63,745 bases of DNA, filler included, from Choristocarpus tenellus KU-1152 (GCA_964200185.2; 11 parts of 11 records of this genome joined end to end with filler, not necessarily neighbours in it), one strand, 5' to 3'; counted from the whole stretch's first letter, positions 1 through 14,424 are shown. The notes: generated by a model not told the origin, from the letters alone. Program-made: numbers and translations.

Positions 1-17
1 TTTATGAGAAACCGCCG

Positions 18-48
<31 letters not shown>

Positions 49-3000
49 ACAGATACTTTGACCCGGGTGCAAGGTCAAGAGAGGCTTACATCAACGGCAT
101 GAACTCATAAATCCCATCTGCCTTCCATGAAAAACACTTCTTATGTGATACATACTACAAGCTAGTACAAAGACAGTGTACAGATGGCAACCTCAACTAT
201 ACTGTTGGTTCCTTTTTTATTAAAAAAAGGAACAAAAAAGAAAAAAAACTTATAATAATTCTCACAAGTAAAAATGAAAAATAAGAGAAAATATTATGAC
301 TGCATCCAACAGGCACCACAAAATACAAATGAGATAATGACCTTGCAAAGCTACTTTGGGGCACTGCCGATGCACAAAGATGAATTCAGTAGGTAAACAG
401 AGATCATGAAGAGGTAAAAGCAGGGATATTGCAACCTCAAGGTTTGGGAGGAAAGGAGCCCAACAACCAAAGAAATGAGGGCAGTGTTGTGGGAGAGCAG
501 CTCCCAGAAATTCAACTAAACCATCTGATGATATTTTTTGGTGTACAGAGAGGCGCCCTATCCCTACAGTCATTTCTTGTGCTTCAGCCCTCCAAGGTAT
601 CTGTTTTGATAGTACCTCCTGTACCTTGTATTCCACCTTACCATTAACCATGCAGAAAAATTCATACCCATTGGAATCTATCCTATTCTCCCCACATTCA
701 ATACAACCAACAAAACTTCAACAGCAACCCACACTTATCAAATCTAAAAAACCATTCCATTCGAACCACCAATAACAAAGGCACAGCCAGAACCTTTCCA
801 CCCTCTCGTCTTCTAGACACCGACACAGCAAGAACCTCTCACCCCTCCCACATTCAGTTCAAATGACTTGTTTCCTCACAACTAAGAGTTCCTCCCGTGT
901 TGGCGCCTTGGTCAAGAGCATTTTCTCGTTTGATGATAGCTTCAAGTCTGTCAAGAGACCTGACGACCCACAGCTATTGCCAGATGTGACAGATCCAGCA
1001 CTCCTGTATGTGTTGAAGTTATCCCCAATGCTTGAGGTGCTGGGGCCACCACCATTATCTGCAGTTCCCCTTTGAGGCAAGAAAATAGCCGAAGACAGGG
1101 GCCGGGGGGAAAGAGGTGGCTCGTATAATTGCTATGTTTTTCCTTTTGTGCTGAGTCATCGAAGTACAATTTTCCTAGTAAACGTGTGTGTGAACGCGTG
1201 CGCCCATGTGTGCGCCTTACGTCTCCTTTGGTCTTTGTGGCGAGAAATTGAAGCAAAAAACGAAGCGATCCCTGCACCGACTTTATTCAGCAGTTGTGCC
1301 GCGGTTCATGGTTAGAGTTATTACCACATGGGGTCACCCGGTTGCCTAATGCAAGGCTCAGGCGAACTAGTGCTACGTCAGCCATCCAGGGGTACCAGGA
1401 AATAAGCACTAGGAGAGTCTGCATGGGCCAAGACAGACATTCCTTATTCCAAGGTATGGAATCATTTGACCCACACCTGGTACTCGAGCTGGCAAGTCTC
1501 CATTCCGGCACAGATTGGAATGTCCACTCGGTCGCAACCCCCTAGCTCAAAATATGTCATTCCCCCCTGATCAAAGCCTCAACCTTGGCCCAAACTCGAG
1601 ACAAAACACTGATGATGGGTATTTACAAATCAGAGTTCCTTATCCCCCCTTCCCCCTAGGACGACTTCTGGAAGGCCACAATGAGCATGAATTTGCACGG
1701 GTAGAAGAGTGCATTTTATAGTCACCTGGAAGTCAACAGTGGTGCATAAACTGGTGAATCTACACCCAGGTTGGTCGCCTCCTTGCCGGAAGGTTCACCT
1801 AGGACCAAGAGGTAAAAGTGAATATATCATTCTGATAAGTGAGAGTGTAGGGCATCTATCAGGGAAGAGGGCACCCACAGAACTGAATGCAATGTGAGGG
1901 GCCAGCCTTACCAACTCTAAGTCTTGGGTCCATTAGATTTCCTTAAGGAGGTACACTGTTGTCCCTTCGTGACCCCCACATAGCCGGCAGTCTCCTCACT
2001 CATTGAAACCCCGATTAAGACATATCTATCTTTGTCTGTCCTAACCCAGCTTCTTCCCATATGTTTCCCCTTTGTCCCAACGCACACCTGTCAAACGGAG
2101 AGGGTCTGGTCTATGGTTCATCGCTGACGTCGCAGGCCCCGTCAAATGACGCTGCCCCCCACCTCTCGGATGTGTGGCCTTTCTTTTACCTTTCCCCCTG
2201 TCGGAAGGCATAGTCCTCACACTAAGACTGGAAATTGGCGATAAAAAGCAGACGAATGGAGGACAGATGGGTTACCAAGTACCTATGTGGATCCCATCCA
2301 CAAAGAATTTTTCAGTAGTGAGTCCCACCTACCAAACCCTGCAAATACTTACAGACAAAGTAGAAGATACACCAGATGCTTAGTTACCACACCAATGTTT
2401 GCTAGAAGGCTAAAGATCCCTATCCTTGTCCCTTGTGTTTCCCCCAATATTAACAACAGTATGACAACACACATATGGCATATACGCCTTCCCACGGCTA
2501 TCCCTATTTTTGAAATCCTTCAATCCTTTGAACCCTCGAAAATCGTGTGAAGTGCCCCCTTGAGTGTTTTGCCAACCACCTAAGGAGCACCCCTTTCACA
2601 GGTAGACATTGCTACTGTAAAATATAACATCCGATGAATTCGTAGCATTTATGATCTTTGCTTTTTGATGATGTTAACGACCGGTTTTCCTTCGCTTTGG
2701 CTCAACTCACTATCCAACGAAACTCAGGTCGTCCGCTAGAGATATTCGATGTTCCCGCAATCACGTTATCTGGGTTCATTATAATCCATGAATCCTGAAA
2801 TCTTTGTATGCACTCAACGTTAAACGATAGGTTTTTGAAGCAATGAGTGGTGGCCTCCCGCCATTATGCAGTTGTTGAACTCTGATGGGCAGTGGCCCCA
2901 CGTTGCCAATACGTCTAAATATATATTCGCTTCTCGGCTGCCCCAATCCCCTCAGTTACCTCTATGTGGTGACTTACGATCATTTCTGCGGTCCCTGTGT

Positions 3001-3172
3001 TAGGGTCTTGGACGGTGGTTCGGCGTCCTTGTGGCTTCACTTGTTTCTTTGCTCAGTCTGTGTAAGGTGGGGGCTTCTAAAGGAGGCAGGTGTCTTCAGG
3101 GGGAAGAAAATTGATCTTCCTGGTTCTCCCAGGACTGGGTGGGGTCGAGAGGAGGCTTTGGATTAAGGAATC

Positions 3173-6100
3173 ATGGATGAAAATTCCAACTACCCAAGCT
3201 ACGACAACGAAATCGAGAAGTGTAAAGAGTTCCTCCAAGGGTATCAGGTAGGTGCGAAGCACTTTTACTATCTTGGTGAAGTAAGGTCGCCACAGGGCTT
3301 GCTCATGACCAATGTGCGGCAAGTAAACCTCTTGCGATGTAATATTTTTCCGGCGTGTGCCGCACGAACACTGACCATCTTCTTCAGTCCCTGTGCTTGG
3401 CGTTTCTTCTCAAGGTATTTCTTGATCAAGAATTTAAGACACGATGGATGCCCCATATGAAATGTCACATGGAAAGTAAATTTGGTATTTGCCACATCTC
3501 GCATGGCAATTAATGTGCTGTATCAAGAGTGCAGTGGAAGCTCTCCGTGCCTCCCACAATTCTGACATGACCCTGCGCACACTTTGGACTCAAATCTTGC
3601 ACAGTGTCTTCAGATGATCAGAATGGCTTGGATGAACGGCCCCAACAGCAGCCCATTGGTGTCTTTTGGAACCTAGGTAGAAACAGTACCTAGTGCGAAT
3701 TGTAGTGCTCCACATTCCGATATAGTAAAGAGAGTGAAGCATATGCAGTACATTTGTTACCCTTCTTCCACTTGGCAATGCTTTCGCCAGCACCTAAAGT
3801 TTTCAAAACAAAGTTCATAATTCTCTCCTTCCTTGACATGGTTTCTGTTCCATTCAAACACAGAGGAACAAATTATTCAATGCATTCGAAGAAACAGCAA
3901 AGAATTTCACCCGTGGTGTTGCCCTTTAGTTCCTCCCTCAAGATACAATGCAGGTTTAACGGTCAGAAGTTCAGCTCTGTGAAAGCCCTCTGGGAGTCTC
4001 CGTTCCTCAATGTACTTAAAGTTTGCATGGTGTGATTACAGCTAGGGTTACAGTTAGGGTTGTGGTTAATGTGTATTGCCAAGGGTTAAGGGTTGATCTC
4101 TTGTGAGAACAAACTGAGCAGAAGAGTTGCTGAAGTGCATATATATATTGTTGTGATTCCTTGAGAAACAGAGTTTTGTGTGTTTTACGTTTTTGTTCCA
4201 ATGCTGCCCAGCTGTAGCAGTGTGTGTACTTGGATATGATGCAGGAGCACACTCAGTTGTGTAGGGGGGGGTTCAACATATCTTGACCCTGCACTAGCAG
4301 CTAAATATTTAGCGGAGGGACGTGGAAGGTTTGTTGGATGTAAATTGAATTGGCTTAATATCTTTCCATATACTCAATGAGAATCAAAGCGTGCTTGCAA
4401 GGTAGTATAGAGAAAATTCTTAGCAGAGTGTGAAGCACACATAACACAAGAAAATACTAGTGTATGATAGGTGAGTGATGTAGTCAAACCCTTTGATTTT
4501 GGTTTCAATTTCCCCTCTAAATTGTTACTCTTAATGAGGAGTTAATTATTGGCGTTAGCTTGAGATCATCCTTGTTACAGTATTTAGTTGTTTTTTATTA
4601 CTTCAGTAAGTTTATCTTTCTTATTTTTTAACAGATATTATAGTCTCAAAGTGAATTCTTTTGACTACTATGGTGCTAACAGGATGTGATTTACATCCAC
4701 TTCGACTCCATGGTCTCCTGTCACTGTTAGGAATGGAATGCATTCATCCTGTTCAATGCACTTTGGTTCAAGCAGCAACACCATCTTTCGATACAAATAG
4801 GCCATAAAAAGACTGCACTTGTCACCCTTAACCTCAAGTTAATTATCCACTGACTCGGCACCAGGAAGACCATACTAATCCTTCATATTTATCGTCATTG
4901 TCACAGAGGCCATAATTATTCCTGCAGAAACCTCAAACATCCATATCCTCCGTTCAAGGCCAATTTTCGTTAAGTGAGGGTGAGACCCCTAACCCAACCC
5001 AGTCCCAGATTCAACCTAGGGACCCGAATACCTAAGGATCACCTCCATAAATCGAAACCCAAGTTTTCTGCTCTTCAATTCAAAAGGCGACATGGTGTGT
5101 GTCTTGAATGAGTCCTCAACCTTTTTTAAAATCAATTTCTACAATATATTAATGATATTATATACAATTTCACATGTGTGTGTACAACACTAATGCGTGC
5201 CATTTCCCCCGCCTTGAATCTTCGGCTTAATAACAGTCCTTAGGAGATGACGCCTACAAGTATATGGACCTCCTTCAGGGGGTGGCCAACAGGGAGATAA
5301 TTGCAATTGAGGTGGATGTGGATGACATCCTGGCGGTAAGGGAAGAAAATATTACAAACAATAATTAGCATAATGTGTCAGAATGGCTTACTGCTTTTAT
5401 ACAGGAGGAACCCCAAATGGGTGGGGATGTGTGCTGTATTATTAAAAGTAAAAGTATGCGAAAGGGGATTGAAGGGGAACATAAGGATGCCTAGGAAAGA
5501 AATAAAAGGAAATGCTTCAAATTGTATTGTTAGTCATCTTTATTTTTTTTCTATGTGCGAATCATTGTTGTCCATGCTGGCCTGGATTGATTAGGGTTCA
5601 GGCCAGAGCTACATTTGGTGCCTGCCTTGTACCCCTGGCCGTCATTATTACTATTACCACTATCATTATTATTATTATTATTGGTAGTAGTAGTAGTAGT
5701 AGTACCAGTAGAAGCATATGTCTTCGCTTTAGACTCTGTAGACTATCCCGACGTGTGATTTGAGGCACTAAAGATTGCACTATTAAATATTTCTCATACT
5801 AGCTACTGTAACTGACTGTTGTACTATTAATATACTAGATAGGACTAATTGTTCTGCCTCCATCCCTACCTTGCTTCTCATGCATTGTGTTCACCATTCC
5901 CACAGCTCATCACTCCGTCTCCCCTCTATAATCTTGTACTGGGCCACCTCAATCTCGGTTTGGCATTATTCGTGGTATAGCACGAGACAGGATAGCATTA
6001 TTCTCAATACTACAGTTGTACAGTTTGTTGTCCTTGCCACATGAAAATAGGTTGTTGAAAACAGATTTTCGTGAAAAACAATTCGGCACCAAAGGGGTTT

Positions 6101-9010
6101 GATCCCCCGAAATTCCTGTAGGGAATGGGTGTCTTAACCACAAATACATCACGAGGTTCAATCGAGGATCAATCTGCAATTAGTTGTCCGTGTGCTCTGT
6201 GAGGATAGCCTTTGTTAGTGATTTGTAAATGACGCTCATTGGTTGTCTACTAGGGGGTGTTGACGAATGCCCTGAAGGCGTTTCTTTTCAAATACTGCAC
6301 CAATTTCATACTACAGTCTACTGCTGCTGGGTACAGAAAAAACTCGAACATTCAACGACCACCCGATGATTAATTTAAAGTATTTTTTGCCCATCAAATC
6401 CAATTTTGTAACTAGCATGAAAAATAAGTAAAATAATATTTGTAAAAAAATTGTCGTACAAGCTCCATATTATCAGTAGTACATTTCAGCACTGTAGTGC
6501 AGTTATAGCAGTATTGAAACCAGTTATCTTCTTGACTGTAATAGTCCATGTGTCGCATTTGACCAATAAGATGTTTTCATCCCACTACCTCTGCTAGCCC
6601 TTGTGTATGTGTGTGTTTTTTTAAATCAACCCGTGCCGTTTCGGTGTGATGATTACCCCCCAAAAAAAATTGTTGTGTCACTCTGGGCTAATGCCTTATT
6701 AGTGTAACAATTCAATCAGTCCTCCCCCGTGCCCTATCCCTGTACCTTCCGCCCACCCCCTACCCCCCACCCCCCTGGGGGAAAATGATCCATGCAGTTT
6801 CGCCCTGATGGAGAGTTGGTGGGGAATATTTTGGCCAATACCGGTAGATACGTAAAGATCTTCTCCTCTGCGATAGATGACATCATGCCACTGCCATCGG
6901 AGGGGGCTGATCAGGTGATGAATGCTGTTTGTCATATTGCTGTATAAAGAATTGCGTGTATATATATATATATATAATTGTAGGTCAAGGATAATGCTAT
7001 CATGTCAAGTTATTGTATTCATTGCACCTATGTGTTACATCGATAATGATAGCTATTTAGACAGGGAGGAAAAACAGAGATGTGAAGTATATGTACACTT
7101 TGAGGCGTGCCATAGGAGCGCAGTGTTTATTACTATGATCCTATTCTATTGTGTATTTTTTATGTACTTGTTGTTGTCTCGACACGAAGTTGTGGTTATC
7201 CTCTATGCATTGTGTGTGTTCTTGCATGATTGATGGTGATGTGACACCACAGCTCGCGGTCAAGTACTTCGGCAGTCCCTTGGGGGGGGGGGGGGGGGGG
7301 GGAGATCCGAAAAACCGGGGGGGGGGGGGTTTTTTTTTTTTTTNNNNNNNNNNTGTTTGGGTGGGGGGGGTTGTGTTGGGGGCCCGAGGGGGGGGGGGGG
7401 GGTGGGTGGGGGTGGGGGGGGGGGGGGGGGGGGGGGCAGAGACGATCTGCAAAGCCGAGGGGGACAGGATTTTTTTTTTATTAGTACTGTTGCAGATGCC
7501 ATATGTAGTTAGATCGATCCAGTCGCTGTTTGTTCCAGTCATTCAGTGTTTGTTTTCCCTCTAGGCTACCCGACGACACGTGCGAAAAGGGGGGCTAGGT
7601 AGGGTTGAGTTCATTGTGGAGAGGTTACCTTGACGAAGAAGTGAGCAAAATTAGCATATCCCCTATCCCCTTTCAACCTTTCAATGCCCATCCGCCCACC
7701 TGTTCCGCTGCTTTCTTGTTAAATTTTATATTATTATTATTTTTCGTGTGTGCAGTCGTTGGATGTGTGGGACATCCTTCGCCGTCAGCGTGAGGCTCAG
7801 TTGGAAAGGGCCATGGCACAGCCAGATGCAGACTTGGATGCATCGCCTGAAAATGTTTTTCCGGCGGCGTTGACACGCAGGTATATAAAAAAATGTATAT
7901 ATATATATATCTCCCTACCTATATAGAGAGATGCATATATATATATATGTGTGTGTGTATAGATATAGATAGATAGATATATAGAGAGATACAGATATAT
8001 ATATATATATAGATTTTTTTATTTGTTAGGGTATGAGAATAGCCTGTCGCTTTTCCGAGGGTTCGGAATGGATCATCTTTTTTTTCTCTTCTTTTTTTGT
8101 TAGCTGGAGTGGTGTGAACTACGTTCTTCTGGATTTAGACCAGGAAAATAATAATAATATAATAAAAAATGAAGGGTTTCGTGAAGTTCTATGAAGATCC
8201 GACCGACTCCTTGAAAAGTGTGATACTATTGAAGTGTAATAAATTTTCTTTCCTAATTTGACAAGTTTCGTTTCTTTTCATTTATATCCAGAGAGTGAAA
8301 AAAAAATCGATGGGTTAGGGTTAGGGTTAGGGTTATTGATCTGGAATGGTCGTTTCTTCGTTCATTCAACTTGTGTCAATGTTATATGCTTGCTATTTCG
8401 ATTCTCTTCCTTGCCTTCCTTTTTATTTTTTTGTTTTTAGTTTTGCTCTTCTTTTTTTTGTTCATGTCCGCTATTTCACGATGCACTGAATAGTTACATC
8501 GTTGTAGTTATCCCACCGAGAGTAACCTTAACAATAATTGGTATTAATTGTGCAAATATCCCTATCCCTAACCCTACTGACAGTTGAAAAATCATTAAAC
8601 TTGGACAAATTGCACGCTACCTTTTTTTTATAGTAACATTTTTTTATATTCAAATAATATCCGGACATAAAACCGACTCAATAATGCATTACTGTAGAAA
8701 AATATACAAAACGGTTTCACCCATTTTTTTTTTCACCTCGGAAATAGTAGAAACCGAGTAAGGGAAACAATACGCCATCTTCTGTTTGTAGAACTCCGTT
8801 ATTTCGCAGTTCATCGTATGAGCTAGCCATCTCTTCCGTTCTGACACTCCTTTTGTCCTTGTCGCCTCCCCCCTCCCCCACCCTATTAACCACCCTCACG
8901 TACACGCATCTACGAATGCAATTGCCTTCAACCTCCCCCCTCTTCTCCTGCCAAGGTTTGAACTGCACTTCAAGCCACCGTCTGATACCAAGCCAGGACC
9001 ACTGCGAGAG
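3173..9010 (+). CDS. MCM7: DNA replication licensing factor MCM7, 5' part (exons 1-5; remainder absent from the window)
   Basis: Exons 3173-3247, 5237-5335, 6798-6914, 7756-7880 and 8956-9010 are all GT-AG and phase-consistent. They give MDENSNYPSYDNEIEKCKEFLQGYQ-SLGDDAYKYMDLLQGVANREIIAIEVDVDDILA-FRPDGELVGNILANTGRYVKIFSSAIDDIMP...-SLDVWDILRRQRE...PENVFPAALTRR-FELHFKPPSDTKPGPLRE, which matches the MCM7 N-terminal domain pattern (KY..L..A.RE..A..VD.DD; N..RY...F; P..L.RRFEL.F). Confidence 0.9.
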
Positions 9011-10109
9011 GTGAAAAGAGCCGGTTTGAACTGTTCTACATTTCTCAAAAGAAAAAAGAACAAAAAACTTGACAAAAGTGTGTTGATGGAATTTTTAATT
9101 TTTGTTGCACTGCTCTGAAGTATGTTTGTATGTTCTTTTGTAGTGTTTTTTATTATTATCTCGGGCCGTTCGCAGCAATGCTCTTGTTTTTTTATTTTAT
9201 GTTTTTCTGCTCCGTTTTTTTTTGTTGGTCGGTCATTGAGGGTACTACTGTAGAGGATACGGAGTTACGTATTGTAAGTATCTACATGAATATATATATA
9301 TATATATATATGCATCCAACCAACCAACCAATCAACCAATCAAATAGTGTGCGTATACTGTTGAGCCAATAGGATCTGTTTGTTCTTAAACCTCGATTAT
9401 CGTTCTTTGTTTCAACCGAATATGTTTGAGTGACCTCCTGTACCTTTCTTTCCACCAGTCAAATGGTGTGTGTATTACACTAAACCAATAAAGACAAGTT
9501 AATCCTTTTTTAAACCTCTCAAGCACTTTTTTCCACCAATCAGGTAGTTGATATATTTCACTAAGCAAATAGAATATAACGCCTTTTCTATGCTGCAACT
9601 CTCCCGTACTCTGTCCATGTTGCTATGGTACTACATATCATCCCCTAAATAATAAAGTAAACAACCCCACCAATCTCCAACAAGCACCTTACTGATACGA
9701 CTGTCCTCAGTGGGATCCTCCCACTTCAATAACAATTTTACCCTCACAATGATATGAGACAAAAGCAACTATTACCCCCACCACAGGTCATAGTTGTATA
9801 TGTGGCCTGCATGATAACTGTCCTCTTAGGCCACCATTATTAGTCATTCTGTGTCACTGCTTCATTCCTACACTGCTATTATGGTGGTATATATATCGTT
9901 TGACATCTGAAATTCTACTATACTCCCCCAAGTACAACATAACCATCCTACCCCTAATCCTATAGCGAACAGATCCTGGATCTACTGTAGCATCCCCAAA
10001 CTCTTTATTTCTCATCTCCTAGTGCAATACCAAAAGGCGAAAAGGTCCTACTGCGAATGTAATAGGTGAAGTCCTCGGTGGCCATATTTACCCACGATGA
10101 ACTGAGATG

Positions 10110-10246
10110 GGCTCAAAGTATCTGGGGGGGGGGTGTCGGCGTCCGTTTTTCACCCTTTTTCGATTTTCACTTTTTTTGGTGTGATTTGGTCCCACGTGTC
10201 GGATTTGAAATATCAGCAAAAAAAGAGTTGTTTGACCGAAACGGAC
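10110..10246. mobile_element. MITE family A, truncated by linker
   Basis: GGCTCAAAGTATCTG(n)...GGCGTCCGTTTTTCACCCTTTTT...ACGTGTCGGATTTGAAAT.TCAGCAAAAAAAG. The same sequence occurs reversed at 17788-17898 and overlaps 32240-32344. Confidence 0.8.
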
Positions 10247-10346
10247 NNNNNNNNNNNNNNNNNNNNNNNNNNNNNNNNNNNNNNNNNNNNTTAATTAATT
10301 AANNNNNNNNNNNNNNNNNNNNNNNNNNNNNNNNNNNNNNNNNNNN
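10247..10346. other. Artificial 100-bp contig linker (first of ten)
   Basis: 44 N + TTAATTAATTAA (stops in all six frames) + 44 N. The same linker occurs at 15275, 20477, 24692, 29147, 32140, 37041, 41547, 47246 and 60768. Confidence 0.97.
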
Positions 10347-10411
10347 GGGTGCCCCCCCCCTCCCCTGGCCCCCCCCTCGCCCCCCCCCCCTTGCCCCCCC
10401 CCCGGGCAACG

Positions 10412-10452
<41 letters not shown>

Positions 10453-10574
10453 CCCCGTCTTCCCTTAGAACACCCTTTCTTCAGATTGTAGTAGGGGACA
10501 ACTCCCCCTTTCTGTGGGACTCTCACGGTAAATACCTTTCTTTTTTTTTTTGCTCTTGTGTCTTTTTCTGCCAG

Positions 10575-13500
10575 GGAGTTGTTTTCCAAGCGTCCGCCGT
10601 TGAAGCAGCTACCAGCTGATTGGCTCGTGCGAAGCTTTTTTTCATCATACTCTCCAGATGTGAGGTTGCACATCAGCAAGGGGAAAATCGGCTGGCTACT
10701 TCCTAGTGTAGTACTGTACAACTTAACACTCTACAGAATTGAACGAGTTAAACGTAGGGTTTGTATTTGACCAGGTTCTTTGCATTTCAGGGTTAGGGTT
10801 GGTGTTCGAACTGTTCTGTACAGTGCCACATGTACTACTGCAACATTAATTCAAGGCTTACTTGCAGCACTCTGTATTTTATGTATGTATTCGTGTTTGC
10901 AACTGCCACGAAACTTGTCTGGATTATACATCGATGTGCTTTTGGCAAATTGTGTTGGATCCATTCAACACAGTTACACCTTGTTGGCAGTACAGACTGC
11001 TGCTTCATTCCCTTCCCCTCTCATGTATCTGCTTTATGCAGAAGACGCTGCTGGCAGTAAGGTCGTCGCAAGAGGATGGGCAAGACCTGCCAACAGGGGA
11101 AGCCTTGTTCTGGCAAGCCATGGCCCATAAGGACTGTCAGAGGTAGGTTTGGGACGTGCATTTCTGTTTTTCTCCCTTCTTGTAGTCCTTGTTTTGATGC
11201 TGAGTAATTGGGTTACCTTGTACCCTGGGTACATCACAATTTGAGAATAGGGTAATTTGTAAAATCTTACTACAGTAGTTAAACATTTGTTGGTGAAAGC
11301 ATTTGTTTTCACCTATCGACCGTGGTTGGGTCTCCTATACCTAGGCGTATCTCACTTGTTCTAGGTCTCGTTTGATCTGTTCTACACCCGCTCACGTTCT
11401 TTCATGGAGGTCACACATGGTCACACATTTTGTTGTTGTTATGGGTGGTGTGCGTCTTGGTATTGATTGCCTTGTAGATTTTCTGTGTCAACATGTCCTC
11501 TCTCTGCCTCTTGGTAATTGTGTAATTTGCAGCAAAGGATATACTCGGACTCTGGTTTGTAATAGGCTTTACGTGTGATGTCAAGTGTTCCCTCTGATTC
11601 AACGGAGTGACTTTCCTCAGAGCCCCCCCTGCCTCTCAACCTAGATTGTCGAGATCGGCTATTCATCTTGAATGCATGGTTATTCTTCCTTCTGCCTCCC
11701 TCCCTATAGACCTCCAACCCCATAGCCTTAGTGTGTGGAGTTTATCCAACTCTCTCACCCCTTGCGATCCAATCCAATCACACCCCATTACTCACAAAGT
11801 TCTAATGAGTAGAGCCTTGAAATATCATATACTCCAATCCCTGCAGTTGGGTGCTAGGCGTGATGTGCATTGTGAAGCCACATTTCTCATTCGTTCTTGA
11901 TGGAACTGCTGTCTACTTCCTGACAACGAGCTGGCATAACCCAGAAGAAGAAGGTTTTTGTCTGCGGCGATTTGACCACATCTGTCACAGACCCATCTCA
12001 GTAGATGTGAAAAAGACCGATTCTCTATACTTCTCTCATGGACTTCAGATGAAGTAGTTTTTTTGCTGGTAATTATTATCTACAGCCTGTTTCTGTTTCT
12101 CAACTGAAGATTTCTTGTGCGACTTGGTCGGTTAGTAAACCCTAGATGGGAGCACATGTGAGATATTCCGGGTCCTCCTCCTTTTTTTTGCTATTTCAGG
12201 TACAAAGAGAGCATGGACTGCATTGCAGCCGCTGTTGAGAATGAAGACTCATTTAAAACAACTGGGTAAGATCCCCCTACCTTCCTGTTTCGGGTCTCAA
12301 AGGGGAAAAAAAAAAAATCGAAAATGCTCTGGCTGTGTGGTAGCATGGAAGGCTGGCTGCAAGTACTAATTAACACGTGAAACTAAAAAAAAAAACCCTT
12401 GGAAGGCGGAGCGTGGGGATACTTTTGTCGAATGGGAGGGGTAGGAGGCTGTTCGAAGCCCCAAGAAGGTTATGGGAAGTTGTTGCATAACTTGTCGAGG
12501 GTTCGAAGATATCGTGTGGAGTTATGTTTCAGAAGACTTGCCCGTGGACACCAGCGGTAACCATAGCTTCCTCTGAAGTATGTTTATGGGCTAGGGAGAA
12601 GGGTAAGGTGGTATTATGTTATGGAAGGATAGTATCCAGTTTATTTTGTGGAAGTATGCTTAGTTTCCTGGGAAACTTGTTTTTCCTTGAGGGAGTAAGT
12701 CTCCCACGTTGAAATACTTGCAAGAAAAGAGCAAGCGATGTTGAGCTGAGTCGTGTCCACTTTCAGGGGTGTGTGTGTGTGTGTGTGAAAGAAACAGTAG
12801 AAAATGTTGCCGTTTTCTGGGTAGTAGCAATGCATTGCTTTTGGGTGAGAACCAGCGGCATCAAGCAGTACCTGGAGAAGTTCGACTGGATGGGTGGGTT
12901 CAGCTTGGACACCGTGATCAAGAGGGTGATGTTCTACGACTGTTTTTTTCTGTAAAAAAGAAAAAAAAAATGCTTTCTTGAATTCGTGGTGCTATCCTTT
13001 CTTAACGCGGCGTAGGCCTCTTGGACATGAGCACTAATTTTTTTTATTTTTTTTTTGCGTGTCCTTCGTAACTGTAAGGTTGTGGTCTCTGGCCTTGGAT
13101 GAATATGGGTCATACCTGTACCTACTGGGAGACATGGACGGCGCCCTGTATGCGTTCAGGTAGATGGTTATCGACAATACCTTTTTGTGTACCGTGTGAC
13201 GGTGTGAAGGTGCCTTGGAAGGATGAAGGGATGGAGTTGTGTGTGTGTGTGTGTGTGTGTGTGTATCTGTGTATCTGTGTATCTGTGTACCTACATACCT
13301 GTCCTCTTTGAGCTATTGCCCTGCACTGTGAAAAAATGTTTCAAAAATGTTTTTGTGAAGAGTGTTTCGTACCGTCTCGACCTGTTTCAGGCGTGCTGTT
13401 GATGGAGACCCGTTGAATGCTCGGAGCTGGGTGAAGCAGGGTAGTGTGCTCTCGGATATGGACTGTCGAGAAGAGGCAAGGATACAAAGATTAAGGAGAT

Positions 13501-14393
13501 TAAGGAGATTAAGGAGGTCTTCACGTTCTCACCAGCCCTCTCCTCCTGAGCCTGTTTGGCTTAGGGCATTGGAAGTGGTATATTTTGGACAAGGTAGAAC
13601 GCCTGTGGCATAGGTAGTTAATCCTGAGTAGGGGAAATCTAGGCTTAGGATGGAAGCAGCTGGAATCCTTAGACTTACCATCACCTCATCTCGTTGGTCT
13701 AATTGCTTATGGTAGGCCGCAGAATGCTTCCGTGCTGCTGAGGCCCTTGATGCCAATGACTCCAATTTGTACCTTCACAGGTGAGGTCTTCTCGAAGGTA
13801 TAGCTCCGGTGCAAGTATGGTTTTGTGTCTGTGTGCCTCTTACATATGCATTTGTGATCTTGTTTGCATGGTTTTGAGAGATTGAATGAGTATTGTCTCC
13901 AATGTTTTTATTTTTTATTTTTTTTATTTGTGCTCGCCTTTGAAAGGCTGAGAGATCGAGGGGATGGCAGTCGGTTGGTCTGTATGGAAACGAGGTCTGA
14001 CTCCAAACGCACCAAACTATTTTTTTTTATTTTTTTCCTGTTTTTGTTAAGAGTTAATGTACTTTGTTAATAGTTAATATACGTCTTGGACTTTTGCATG
14101 GCAGGGGACAACTTCATGTCCTTGCCAACGAGCATTCTGCCGCCGTGAAAGACCTTCGTAGAAGTACGGAGCTCTGCCCTTCAGTGGCAGGGGCTTGGGC
14201 AGCCTGGGGCGTAGCTCTATTCAAGAGGGCTTCATCCAGTCCAGGGCAGGTAAGTGTTCTTCTAATCGCCCGGCCTGATCAGGCACAGGATGATGCTTCA
14301 CACGTGTGGCATGGGTATGGGCAGGAGATGTATCCTGTCAGGAAATGTTTGAAGGAGGCGCCCTTGGCGAAAGGTGCTGTGCCATTTCGATTG

Positions 14394-14424
<31 letters not shown>

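Noticed and set aside
262-2790. Possible multi-exon gene on the minus strand, head-to-head with MCM7 (exon-like pieces such as GGMTYFELGGCDRVDIPICAGMETCQLEYQ)
   Set aside because: I could not assemble a phase-consistent chain or recognise a family. It may be real but cannot be supported by eye.
7141-7564. Pro/Gly-rich ORFs here and at 31965, 47290 and 61909-62430
   Set aside because: They derive from poly-G/C runs beside assembly gaps, whose lengths are probably unreliable.
10066-10109. Candidate MCM7 exon 6 (VKSSVAIF...)
   Set aside because: It does not match the expected V.A..IG.LV.VRG continuation and runs into a MITE.
10291-10302. Recurrent TTAATTAATTAA as a biological repeat or CRISPR-like array
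   Set aside because: It is always centred in 44+44 Ns and is an artificial six-frame-stop linker.
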